From positions 1 to 61,564 of the forward strand of contig WJJT01000036.1 in the NCBI GenBank assembly GCA_014729555.1: a stretch of 61,564 nucleotides of DNA, in the 5' to 3' direction. This DNA comes from Candidatus Woesearchaeota archaeon (GTDB lineage Archaea; Nanobdellota; Nanobdellia; Woesearchaeales; ARS49). Positions within the stretch are counted from its first letter, which is position 1. The number at the start of each line of letters is the position of its first letter. This document shows positions 17,478-26,139 of the stretch, one piece after another. Below the pieces are notes generated by a model, which saw only the letters and a program-made list of their open reading frames with translations, did not search any database and had not been told where the DNA came from. Both the position numbers and the translations under genes were made by a program.

Positions 17478-18674
17478 ATGATATGGCAATTAATACTCGC
17501 AATAACAATAGGAATCATCTGTGGAATAATCACTGGATTGACACCAGGAATACACATAAACTTAGTTTCAGTATTGATTGTTAGCCTTAGCTCAATATTC
17601 CTGGAATACACATCTGCATTATTTTTAGCCACAATCATCATTTCAATGGGGGTAACACACACATTTCTTGACTCAATCCCATCAATATTCCTGGGAGCTC
17701 CTGATTCTGACACAGTAATGGCAGTCCTGCCAGGACACAAGCTGTTGTTTCAGGGCTTGGGCTGGGATGCAGTAAGGCTTACTGTAATTGGTTCTTTGCT
17801 TTGCCTGCTTCTTTGTGTTGCAGTAATACCAGCACTTGTGCTTGTTTTTCCGATTTTATATTCACTGATTAAGAACTATATAGGGTATCTCCTGATTTTA
17901 ATGGTTGGATTCATCATTCTAAAAGACAGCAAAAAGATTTGGGCAATTATCATATTTGTTCTTTCTGGAACACTTGGATTGATTGTTTTAAACTCAGAAA
18001 TATCACAGCCATTGTTTCCAATGCTTTCAGGGATGTTTGGAATATCTGCATTGATTATTTCATTATTCAACAAAGTAGAGGTTCCAACACAAGTAGACGA
18101 AGAATATGTGCAGGTAAGCATCGGAGAATACATCAAAAGCTTGATTGGCGGGGTCTTCTCAGGCAGTTTTGTAGCACTGTTTCCAGGAATAGGGGCTGCA
18201 CAGGCAGCAGCAATGTCAACAGTATTGTTCAAAGTAAAAGAATATGGCTACCTGATTTTAGTGGGAGGCATCAACACTGTGAACTTTATTATCGCACTGG
18301 TCACTGTTTATACTTTAGACAAAGCAAGAAACGGAGCAATAGTTGCAGTAATGGAAATATTAGCAAATATGGATATGGCCAGATTAGTCACATTTGCAGC
18401 AGTTGCATTGATTGCAGGAGGAATTGCCACGATTTTAACATTAAAGATTGCAAAACTTTTTGCATTCATGATAGAGGAAATTGATTACAAGATAATATCC
18501 TTTTTGATTATGTTATTTATCATTGGACTTGCGTTCTACTTATCCGGCTCAACAGGATTACTGGTGTTACTGATAAGCACTGCAATAGGAATAGTGCCAC
18601 AGATAACAGGAGCGTGCAGAAGCAATGCAATGGGGTGCCTTTTACTGCCAGTAATAGTATTTTACCTGCTTTAA
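17478..18674 (+). CDS. Polytopic membrane protein, TctA/DUF112-like
   Basis: About 10 predicted TM helices. GLTPGIHINL and GAPDSDTVMAVLPGH resemble TctA-family motifs. Confidence 0.5.
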   Translation: MIWQLILAITIGIICGIITGLTPGIHINLVSVLIVSLSSIFLEYTSALFLATIIISMGVTHTFLDSIPSIFLGAPDSDTVMAVLPGHKLLFQGLGWDAVRLTVIGSLLCLLLCVAVIPALVLVFPILYSLIKNYIGYLLILMVGFIILKDSKKIWAIIIFVLSGTLGLIVLNSEISQPLFPMLSGMFGISALIISLFNKVEVPTQVDEEYVQVSIGEYIKSLIGGVFSGSFVALFPGIGAAQAAAMSTVLFKVKEYGYLILVGGINTVNFIIALVTVYTLDKARNGAIVAVMEILANMDMARLVTFAAVALIAGGIATILTLKIAKLFAFMIEEIDYKIISFLIMLFIIGLAFYLSGSTGLLVLLISTAIGIVPQITGACRSNAMGCLLLPVIVFYLL

Positions 18675-18719
18675 AATCACAATAATTAAATACACAAACA
18701 ACAAATACATAAAAAAGCA

Positions 18720-18908
18720 ATGGCAAAAAAACCAAAAAGACCTAGCCTTTTAAGGCATGCTGTTATTGCGTTCATTGTATTTCTAATAACAGCCATGCTT
18801 GCAGCAGAAATAGTAAGAACAGTAGTCTGGCCAAGCCTGATGATAGGAGTGATTGCAGGAATAATAGCAGGCATAATCACGCTTGTGGTGCTAAGGAAAA
18901 ATAAGTGA
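18720..18908 (+). CDS. Small two-TM membrane protein
   Basis: 62-aa ORF with a basic N-terminus and two hydrophobic helices, in an otherwise empty gap. Confidence 0.45.
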   Translation: MAKKPKRPSLLRHAVIAFIVFLITAMLAAEIVRTVVWPSLMIGVIAGIIAGIITLVVLRKNK

Positions 18909-18950
18909 ACCATAGAAAAGCTTAAATAAAACACAAGCACAAAAACAGCC

Positions 18951-19745
18951 ATGGCAACATCACAGGACTACATCAAAAGATTCTTTGCAGGAATGCAGCA
19001 GAGAAACAGAGTTCTACTTGACAAACTGAGTAATAAACAAAAGATTGATGAAAGAATAAAGCAAAGAGGCAAAATACGTGATATAGACATTGCCAGACTA
19101 ACTGCACTAATCGGAGAAGACAGCAAAGCAAGAAAAGGCAAGCTGGAAGACCAGTCAATAAGATACCTCTTATGGAAATCAGCAAAAAGCGCAGATTTTC
19201 TTGCGAAATGGAAAAACCGATTAACTCAAGAAATTTACACAGGCTTTAATCCAGCAAAAGAAACAGATAAAGAAATTGCAGAAGAATTAGAAAGCTACCT
19301 GGACTGGATATCAGAACAGCTCTTAAACATCAAACTATACGCAACAGAATTTGAGGAAATATACGAACAAGAGATAAAATACCTGGCAAGCACGCAGACA
19401 GTAACAGGATACCTGCAAAACGTGAAGCAAGAAGAAATTCTTTTGACTGCTTCCACTGAATTCAGAGACAAACTTATTGAAAAAGCAAAACCGCGCATGA
19501 ACAAAATACTCTACTTAACCAAGAAAAACCCAGCAACAGCAGTATTCGCGGCATTCATGGCATTCACATTTGTTTGTTTACCACTGCTGCCAGGCTCATT
19601 TGCCCCAAAATCAGAAGAAATCCCCTTATTCCCCATATTTGCAGCAATAGCAACAGTATTATACGCAACCACCAAGGGAAAGAACATATTATCAGACATC
19701 CAGGCAACACTGGAAAGATTACAGAAAGAAGTCTGGACAGACTAA
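18951..19745 (+). CDS. Hypothetical helical protein with a C-terminal membrane hairpin
   Basis: 264-aa ORF with normal composition and two hydrophobic segments near the C-terminus. Confidence 0.6.
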   Translation: MATSQDYIKRFFAGMQQRNRVLLDKLSNKQKIDERIKQRGKIRDIDIARLTALIGEDSKARKGKLEDQSIRYLLWKSAKSADFLAKWKNRLTQEIYTGFNPAKETDKEIAEELESYLDWISEQLLNIKLYATEFEEIYEQEIKYLASTQTVTGYLQNVKQEEILLTASTEFRDKLIEKAKPRMNKILYLTKKNPATAVFAAFMAFTFVCLPLLPGSFAPKSEEIPLFPIFAAIATVLYATTKGKNILSDIQATLERLQKEVWTD

Positions 19746-19822
19746 AAAAACCAGAAGCCAATTCTATAAGTTTTAAATACACGTGATTTTCAGCCAGAAA
19801 TACAGTGACTGAAGAGAAAGAA

Positions 19823-20074
19823 ATGCAAACAATCTATGCCTTTGTTAAAAAATACAGGGCAGAAAAGGATATACAGCCAATACCAGGCCATAAATTCGAG
19901 CCGTCCTGCATAATAATGGGGGAAGGGCGTAACCTGCTGTACTGCCAATTGGTTGCCACATCAGAAGGCACAGGCAGCTGGAGAGAACTCCAGCACTCAG
20001 ACATAAGACAGCTGGTACTGAAAGAGATAGAAAAAAAACAAACAAAAACTTTAAAAACAGCGAATTCTTGCTAG
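19823..20074 (+). CDS. Hypothetical small protein
   Basis: ORF fills an intergenic gap. No motif recognised. Start uncertain (GTG 19805 or ATG 19823). Confidence 0.3.
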   Translation: MQTIYAFVKKYRAEKDIQPIPGHKFEPSCIIMGEGRNLLYCQLVATSEGTGSWRELQHSDIRQLVLKEIEKKQTKTLKTANSC

Positions 20075-20224
20075 TTAGTATGACAGCTAAACATAAAGCA
20101 CTGGATTTAAAAAATGTCCTGATTAGCTGGCGCTCTATCTTCTCAGCATAAACGCAGAAATTCTACAGCGACAGCTCTATACCCATAGAGCTGATTCTAT
20201 AATACACTACAAAAGGTGATTCAA

Positions 20225-21139
20225 ATGGCATTACCACACGTCATACAAATGCAGCTTATCAAAAAGCGAATAAAAGGAAAAGAAGGAAAACAAAAAATCA
20301 ATGAACTCAAGCAAATAATGCAGGAACTTCCAGGATACAAGTCAGGGCATTATGCTGACATAAGAAAATGGATCCAGGAAGAGATTGCAAAGACCAAGAC
20401 CAGGACAAAAGTAAAGCACCAGGACTGGATAGGAGTCAAGAAAGAGGGTGCAGCCCAGATTGTGCTAGTCGGAGCTCCGAACATAGGAAAGAGCTCCCTG
20501 CTAAAAGCACTCTCAGACATACAGATAAAAGTAGCAAACTATGCATTCACAACACTTAAACCAATACCTGCAATAATAAAATATGAAGGAACTGAGGTCC
20601 AGTTGGTTGAGATTCCCGGACTGATTAAAGGAGCCCATGAAGACAAAGGAGGAGGAAAAAGGCTCCTGGGAATAATCCGCGGAGCAGACGGAATAATCCT
20701 GATGCATGACCTGAGCAGGAATACAGATGAAGTCAAGATAATCCTGAATGAGCTGGATGAAGCCGGAATAGAGAAGCCGATGATAATCGCAGCAAACAAG
20801 ATAGATCTAGGAACAGAAAACCTGGAGAGCCTGAGAAAGGAATTTCCAGACAAAATAATCATTCCAGTATCTGTAAAGCAGGGAATCGGACTGGAAAAGC
20901 TGAAAAAGCAGGCCTGGAATCTAACAGGACTCATAAAAGTCTACACAAAAGACAAGAAACAGCCAATTGCCCTGCCAAAAGGAGCAACTGTCAAGCAATT
21001 GGCTGAAAAGATCCACAAGGACTTTGTGAAGAGATTCAAGTTCGCGATAATAACAGGAACAAGCGCAAAATTCCCAAAACAGAGAGCAGGATTAGGGCAT
21101 GTATTAGAGGACGGAGATGTAACAGAGATAATAACATAG
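20225..21139 (+). CDS. DRG/Obg-family GTPase with a C-terminal TGS domain
   Basis: G1 GAPNIGKSS, G2 FTTL, G3 EIPGL, G4 NKID, TGS-like C-terminus. GGTGA Shine-Dalgarno 6 nt upstream of the ATG at 20225. Confidence 0.8.
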   Translation: MALPHVIQMQLIKKRIKGKEGKQKINELKQIMQELPGYKSGHYADIRKWIQEEIAKTKTRTKVKHQDWIGVKKEGAAQIVLVGAPNIGKSSLLKALSDIQIKVANYAFTTLKPIPAIIKYEGTEVQLVEIPGLIKGAHEDKGGGKRLLGIIRGADGIILMHDLSRNTDEVKIILNELDEAGIEKPMIIAANKIDLGTENLESLRKEFPDKIIIPVSVKQGIGLEKLKKQAWNLTGLIKVYTKDKKQPIALPKGATVKQLAEKIHKDFVKRFKFAIITGTSAKFPKQRAGLGHVLEDGDVTEIIT

Positions 21140-21181
21140 AAAACACAACCTTTTTAAACACCCTGTTACTCCACTAAAGCC

Positions 21182-21445
21182 ATGAAGGCAAGAATAACCA
21201 ATTTCAGGGGAAGCAGAAGGATAAAGACAGGAAACCAGATGATACTAGAGATAGAAGGAATAGACAGCAAGGAAAAAGCAGAAAAAATAATTGGAAAAAC
21301 AGTGAGCTGGACTGCTCCTGGAAAGAAAAAGACAACAATAAAAGGGAAAGTCTCTGCAGTGCATGGAAACAGCGGAGCTGTAAGAGCTGTCTTTGAGAAA
21401 GGACTGCCAGGACAGGCAATCGGGCAGGAAGTCAAGATAGAATAA
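21182..21445 (+). CDS. rpl35ae: Ribosomal protein eL33 (L35Ae)
   Basis: 87 aa. ...FRGSRR....NQ.ILEIEG..S.E.A...IGK.V.W....G....GK..A.HGNSGAVRA.F. .LPGQAIG..V matches the L35Ae pattern. Confidence 0.85.
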   Translation: MKARITNFRGSRRIKTGNQMILEIEGIDSKEKAEKIIGKTVSWTAPGKKKTTIKGKVSAVHGNSGAVRAVFEKGLPGQAIGQEVKIE

Positions 21446-21462
21446 TTCTTAAGGTGAAAAAG

Positions 21463-21708
21463 ATGGGGGAACTAACTGATATAGTACTTACGGCATCAGC
21501 GATTGTGGCAGGCTCTCATACAGCTGCAACACTCGGCAAGGCATATGCAAGATACAGGATAACACAAGAGTATTATCCAACAAAAAGCTTTTTGGAGAGA
21601 CTTCCAAGATGCGTTTACAAGCGAGCTGCAAAGCCAGAGACACTAACATACACAGCAACAATAAGCATACTTGCAATGCTGGCATACTACACTCTTAGAA
21701 ATATTTAA
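21463..21708 (+). CDS. Hypothetical small membrane protein
   Basis: GGTGA Shine-Dalgarno before the ATG at 21463. Two hydrophobic segments. Confidence 0.4.
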   Translation: MGELTDIVLTASAIVAGSHTAATLGKAYARYRITQEYYPTKSFLERLPRCVYKRAAKPETLTYTATISILAMLAYYTLRNI

Positions 21709-21735
21709 ATATTACAAGATTAATTAAGGATTAAT

Positions 21736-22320
21736 ATGGCCAAAAAAAAGGTGACTTTAGAAGAAATAAACAAAAAACTAGACAATCTTTCTAAAACACT
21801 CAAAAAATGCCTTTTATTAGAAGAAAAAATAGCAGCAGAAGAGCACGAAGAGCTGCAGAAAGAACTGGAAGAGCTAAAAATGCTGGAGCGCCTGGAAGAA
21901 AACCTGGAAAAAAGAGGCCCTCACCCGCTCAAAAAAATAACATACAAAGACTTTGCAAAAGGCGCACTTGGAGCATTCATAGGGATAGTGGCGCACTATA
22001 CCGTCATCTATGGAATACACATAGCAGAAAAGCTCACAATAACCAGGGCAACAATACTGTTCATACTAGCCTATGTTCTGGGAGGAGTATTTCTGTATGC
22101 AACAGGATTCCGGAAAGTAAGCACAAGACTGATCTGGTTCCTTCCAGTGAGACTGACAGTCTTATACGGAATATCGCTTGTGATGAGTGTTGCAGTATTA
22201 TACCTGTTCTTCCCAGACTTCATACACCACTTCTTCTGGGAAGGCTACAAGCAGGTGGCAGCAGTCACGCTCACAGCATTAATAGGAGCATGCACAGCAG
22301 ACCTCATAGGAAAAGAATAA
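21736..22320 (+). CDS. Membrane protein with an N-terminal coiled-coil segment
   Basis: E/K-rich helix followed by about 4 TM helices. Confidence 0.6.
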   Translation: MAKKKVTLEEINKKLDNLSKTLKKCLLLEEKIAAEEHEELQKELEELKMLERLEENLEKRGPHPLKKITYKDFAKGALGAFIGIVAHYTVIYGIHIAEKLTITRATILFILAYVLGGVFLYATGFRKVSTRLIWFLPVRLTVLYGISLVMSVAVLYLFFPDFIHHFFWEGYKQVAAVTLTALIGACTADLIGKE

Positions 22321-22323
22321 AAA

Positions 22324-22641
22324 ATGCCAAAATCAAAAGAAAGCCCGGCAGAAATTAAAAAAGCAGTTATAGACCTCCTCCTGAAAAGAGATGTAAGAGA
22401 CCAGCCACTGCTTGACCTGGCAGTGCTTGAGCCAGGAATAATGCAGGAAAACGTGCTCAAGAGAATTACCCATCTTAACAGGGTAGTGGACACGCAAATC
22501 AAAACAAAAGGAGCCACACCAAGCCTGAAGGCACAAAAAAAGATAATCACAGAAATAATAAAAGAGATAGAAAAAGAAGACACAACAAGCCAAAAACTAA
22601 AAGAACTGCTTAGAGAGCTAAAGGCAGTATGCATTGAATGA
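22324..22641 (+). CDS. Hypothetical protein
   Basis: 105-aa ORF 3 nt after the preceding stop, so operon-like packing. Confidence 0.5.
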   Translation: MPKSKESPAEIKKAVIDLLLKRDVRDQPLLDLAVLEPGIMQENVLKRITHLNRVVDTQIKTKGATPSLKAQKKIITEIIKEIEKEDTTSQKLKELLRELKAVCIE

Positions 22642-22666
22642 CCCTCAAAAACAAGACAATCTGATT

Positions 22667-23092
22667 CTACTTAAGCCAAGCAGGCATCATATGAGCAACA
22701 AAAGGCCAGACATAAGGGGCGGCAACAACAAGGGCGCCAATCAATGCACTGTGAAACCATGTTTCTTTCATGCCAACACTGACCCCTCCTACAGAACCCT
22801 TTATTGCAGCACTAGCACCATGAATCTTAACCATAGTAATAAAACCCACTCCAATCTGAAACACAATAGGGTATTGTATCAAAGGAATACTCTGCAAAAA
22901 AGAAAACGTGCTGTAAATAAAGGCAGCATTCATAGTGAAAAACACTGCAATGACTGCATAAACCAAGGCGTGCATCATGTGGCCAAACCTGTGCGTAGGA
23001 ACAGTGACATCCCTGTGCAAAAGAATTGTCTCATAAATACCGATAATCAAGCCAATCAACAATGCAGGAAATATAACAATTTCGGCCATCAA
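22667..23092 (-). CDS. Polytopic membrane protein with several His residues
   Basis: Four or five TM helices. AAAGGTGA Shine-Dalgarno before the ATG and a TATA/CCCG motif upstream. The overlapping plus-strand ORF 22634-23233 has junk composition. Confidence 0.65.
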   Translation of the reverse strand: MMAEIVIFPALLIGLIIGIYETILLHRDVTVPTHRFGHMMHALVYAVIAVFFTMNAAFIYSTFSFLQSIPLIQYPIVFQIGVGFITMVKIHGASAAIKGSVGGVSVGMKETWFHSALIGALVVAAPYVWPFVAHMMPAWLK

Positions 23093-23171
23093 GTATCACC
23101 TTTTTCGATAATACTTAAGAACTCTGGCTTAACTGTATATAAATTTTTCGGGAAAAACAGGGTTTTTCAGC

Positions 23172-23537
23172 TTACTCGCTTTTTTCAGAAGGAAAGCCTT
23201 CTGGCCAGTCAAAAACTTCATTGTTTCGCCTAATTTCAAGCTCATCAAGCCAGGCAAGATCCTCTATCGACAGCTTATCTGACCGGTTTCCATCACCAGT
23301 GTCACACCTCAACAGAACTGCAGGCCATTTTCCAGGGTGCTTAAGCCTTCCATTAAGCTCCATCTCTTTCTGGCGAGCAACATATCTTTGCAATGTATCT
23401 TTATCTTCAAACGGATAATTCCATTCTCTAAATTCGTCATTGCTTCCGCCAAAGCCAAAAGGACAGCAAGCATTAAGAGTCAACATTCCTGCATAAAGCG
23501 CGTGCATTGGTCTCATTTCATATCCTAGTATTTTCAT
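23172..23537 (-). CDS. Hypothetical protein, first gene of the candidate system block
   Basis: 121-aa ORF with normal composition, divergent from the FHA-caspase gene. No motif recognised. Confidence 0.55.
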   Translation of the reverse strand: MKILGYEMRPMHALYAGMLTLNACCPFGFGGSNDEFREWNYPFEDKDTLQRYVARQKEMELNGRLKHPGKWPAVLLRCDTGDGNRSDKLSIEDLAWLDELEIRRNNEVFDWPEGFPSEKSE

Positions 23538-23594
23538 TTTGAATTACGCCCCACAATTATATTTACTATCAAACGGTGATTATTTAAAAAGATT

Positions 23595-23636
23595 GCGGAA
23601 GATTTGCGGGTTTTTAGAGGATAAACATATAAAAAC
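23595..23636 (+). promoter_or_regulatory. Promoter of the FHA-caspase gene (TTGCGGGTTTTT...CATATAAAA)
   Basis: TATA ends 23 nt before the ATG at 23657. The upstream CGGGTTTTT element also occurs in the kinase promoter. Confidence 0.55.
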
Positions 23637-23656
23637 GAAAAAACAACATTAAAAGC

Positions 23657-24712
23657 ATGCAAGAGATAGCAAGATGGAAAATACGGCCTTCAGCAGTCGG
23701 AGACATATACGGAAAAAACCTTGAGCTGGAGAGAAGAATAATACCAGTATACAAGCCAATACTAATAGGCACATTAGCAGGGCATTTTCAAGACAATAAA
23801 GGAGAGTGGAGCTATGAGCTTCTTGAGATAGATGAAGAGACAAACAACACACTAATTAAGAGAATGCTTCAAAAAAAGCCTCAGCTGGAGAGTGTTGTGA
23901 ACAATGCAGGGTTTCAGCAGGTTCTCAGGATAAATCCCGCCAGATACAGGCACATATCCAGGTTTCATGCAATACTGGGCACAAAACAGGGTAATTTGTA
24001 CATTGCAGACCTAGAGAGCAAGAATGGCATATACACAGGCCTGCCTGCAGAACAAACACGCTCTGCAATACTGCGAGATGGACAGATAATATACTTAGGC
24101 GGCAAAGCAAAAGACAGTGCGCAGATAAAAGTACATGAAGCAATTAGTAAGGCATATGCACTGCTTGTAGGAGTTGATTACAAAAACCAGAACAGCAAAG
24201 TAATTGAAAAAGAGATTTGGCAAATAGATCAAATGCTCAGAAAACTGGGCGTGCCGTATGAATGCAGAACATTAAAACACAGCCATGCAACAAAAGAAAA
24301 CATCACAAGTTATCTGCAAAGAGCAGAAAGCCTGCCAGAAAACAACCTTTTCTTTTTCTTTTGTGGCGCACATGGAAGCAAAGCAGCAATATCGTCAGCA
24401 GATGGAAAGCTTGCAAAACAAGAGCTGGCCGGGCTGCTGAACAGGATACAAGCAAAAAAAATCATGATAATAGACATATGCCATGCCTGGGGCGGCTGGC
24501 AGGAGCTTGACCTTGACAGCGGGCTGTATTTTTTCTCTTCACAAGAAGAGGAAACAGCAAAATGGGGGGGATTCACACCAGGATTAGCAGAAAGAATTGC
24601 AGAATTACTAAACAAAAAAGAGCCAATTGACATGAAACAAATAAGAATCAATGACCTGGCAAGAGCGCACACACCAGCAAAAAAAGGAAACAAGTCAATA
24701 ATACTGTATTAA
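23657..24712 (+). CDS. FHA domain fused to a caspase-like (peptidase C14 fold) domain
   Basis: FHA: ISRFHAIL and ESKNGIYTG. Caspase-like: ALLVGVDYKN (strand 1), FFFCGAHG (catalytic His) and MIIDICHAWGG (catalytic Cys), in the canonical order and spacing. Confidence 0.7.
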   Translation: MQEIARWKIRPSAVGDIYGKNLELERRIIPVYKPILIGTLAGHFQDNKGEWSYELLEIDEETNNTLIKRMLQKKPQLESVVNNAGFQQVLRINPARYRHISRFHAILGTKQGNLYIADLESKNGIYTGLPAEQTRSAILRDGQIIYLGGKAKDSAQIKVHEAISKAYALLVGVDYKNQNSKVIEKEIWQIDQMLRKLGVPYECRTLKHSHATKENITSYLQRAESLPENNLFFFFCGAHGSKAAISSADGKLAKQELAGLLNRIQAKKIMIIDICHAWGGWQELDLDSGLYFFSSQEEETAKWGGFTPGLAERIAELLNKKEPIDMKQIRINDLARAHTPAKKGNKSIILY

Positions 24713-25986
24713 TCAAAAATCTCGCTTATTTTCAGAAAAACATAATGCAAGGCAAGAGTTGCAAACCCTGCAAAAGAACCGCTTCCGATAACACGCGTAT
24801 ACTCATTAAAATAATCAAGAAAAGAATCAGGCAGAATGCCATACACTGCCCCTCCAAGAAGAGTGCCTGTAACAGCACCAGCCACACCAAATGCATTGGC
24901 CTGATCTATAGTCAGATTAATATCCAGCCTCTTGGATTCCAGGCTTACAGCAGCAACATTAAACAAAGTACCTGAAAAAGAGCTAATGCCTGCAGAGCAA
25001 AGAGTCTCAGTAACACTATAACTAAAACCAGTTGCAGTGAAATACAACATAGCAGCAGCAACAGGAGCATACATCATGCATGCAACAATACATCCAATAC
25101 CCCTGCCTGAAACATCATGCTTATCAACCGCAGGCTCTTGTTTTACAGGAGATGCATAAGGCATGTCCCACTCACCAGGTGTCTGGGCTGCCCTGAGTGC
25201 ATTACGCATCTCTGAAGCGCTCTGAAACCTCTCACCAGGATTCCTGCTCCTGCTCTTCAGAATAATATCATCCAGTCTTTTGTCACCAACAGACTCATAA
25301 GTATATAACGGCTCGTCACCAGTAAGCATCTTATAGAGCACAGTACCAACAGAAAAAACATCAGATCTTGCATCTGCACTTCCCTGCATCTGCTCAGGAG
25401 CCATATAAGCAATAGTGCCGACAACCCTGCTCCTCAAGTCTTCATCAATATCCCCAAGACTGTGCTCTAACTCCTTGCCAGCAAGATTAGGATTAGTGAT
25501 TGTTGCCCAGGAACTCCTTATTTTTCTCTTGTAATCCTTGAACAAGCCAAAATCAGCAAGCTTTGCAAAACCTTTTTTATCAAACAAGATATTCTCAGGC
25601 TTGATATCCCTATGAATAATACCCCTGCTATGCGCGTAATCCAGGCCCTTCAGGACATTAACCGCAATATCAACAGCAGCGCCCTTTTCAAGTGCAGTGA
25701 CATTAACCCTGTCAGCAAGGCTTTTGCTGCACAACTCCATTTCAATATAATTTCTGCCCTCATCTTCACCACAGCTATACACTTCAACAATATTAGGGTG
25801 GCCTTTAAGCCTCATCAAGACCTCTGCCTCTTTATCTGCAGAAGGGTTTGGCTTTGTAAATACCTTGCAGGCAACCTTTTTGCAGGCAGTCATGCTTAAG
25901 GCTTCATAAACATCACTAAAAGCACCCCTTCCAATACGCTCATCAAGCGCGCAGTTTCCTATCATCTTTCCAGACAAGTTTTCCAT
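24709..25986 (-). CDS. Hanks-type Ser/Thr protein kinase with a C-terminal multi-TM domain
   Basis: GRGAFSDV glycine loop, VACKV, HRDIKPENILF, DFG, AYMAPE, then about 130 aa of hydrophobic helices. 4-nt 3' overlap with the FHA-caspase gene. Confidence 0.9.
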   Translation of the reverse strand: MENLSGKMIGNCALDERIGRGAFSDVYEALSMTACKKVACKVFTKPNPSADKEAEVLMRLKGHPNIVEVYSCGEDEGRNYIEMELCSKSLADRVNVTALEKGAAVDIAVNVLKGLDYAHSRGIIHRDIKPENILFDKKGFAKLADFGLFKDYKRKIRSSWATITNPNLAGKELEHSLGDIDEDLRSRVVGTIAYMAPEQMQGSADARSDVFSVGTVLYKMLTGDEPLYTYESVGDKRLDDIILKSRSRNPGERFQSASEMRNALRAAQTPGEWDMPYASPVKQEPAVDKHDVSGRGIGCIVACMMYAPVAAAMLYFTATGFSYSVTETLCSAGISSFSGTLFNVAAVSLESKRLDINLTIDQANAFGVAGAVTGTLLGGAVYGILPDSFLDYFNEYTRVIGSGSFAGFATLALHYVFLKISEIFD

Positions 25987-26004
25987 GAAAAAACGTCTGG
26001 TTTT

Positions 26005-26034
26005 ATTCTTTATATGCCTTTGCCAGAAAAACCC
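26005..26034 (-). promoter_or_regulatory. Promoter of the kinase gene (CGGGTTTTTCTGGCAAAGGCATATAAAGA on the minus strand)
   Basis: Shares 21 identical nt (TCTGGCAAAGGCATATAAAGA) with repeat D at 17437-17457. TATA lies 23 nt before the ATG. Confidence 0.6.
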
Positions 26035-26139
26035 GAAATATTTGCGAAAAAACTGAAAATCTGAAAACTTGCCATCAGAGCGAAATATTTATATAGAAAA
26101 TAAATAGAGTTGAGTATAATATAGAAAAGAGATGAATAA

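Noticed and set aside
17106-17489. Full 127-aa TTG-initiated version of the RHH2 ORF
   Set aside because: The N-terminal 40 aa would be encoded across promoter repeat D and the start of the plus-strand gene. The RHH fold begins at the internal MEAITLKL, which has its own TATA-like box upstream.
20075-20215. Small RNA or tRNA in the gap before the DRG GTPase gene (9-bp hairpin CAGCTCTAT/ATAGAGCTG at 20172-20193)
   Set aside because: It has no tRNA features and no C/D or H/ACA boxes. A single hairpin is insufficient evidence, and it may be a terminator or leader structure.
22634-23233. 199-aa plus-strand ORF overlapping the membrane-protein gene 22667-23092
   Set aside because: Its N/Q/H/C-rich composition looks random. 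The minus-strand ORF has clean TM helices, a GGTGA Shine-Dalgarno and an upstream TATA.
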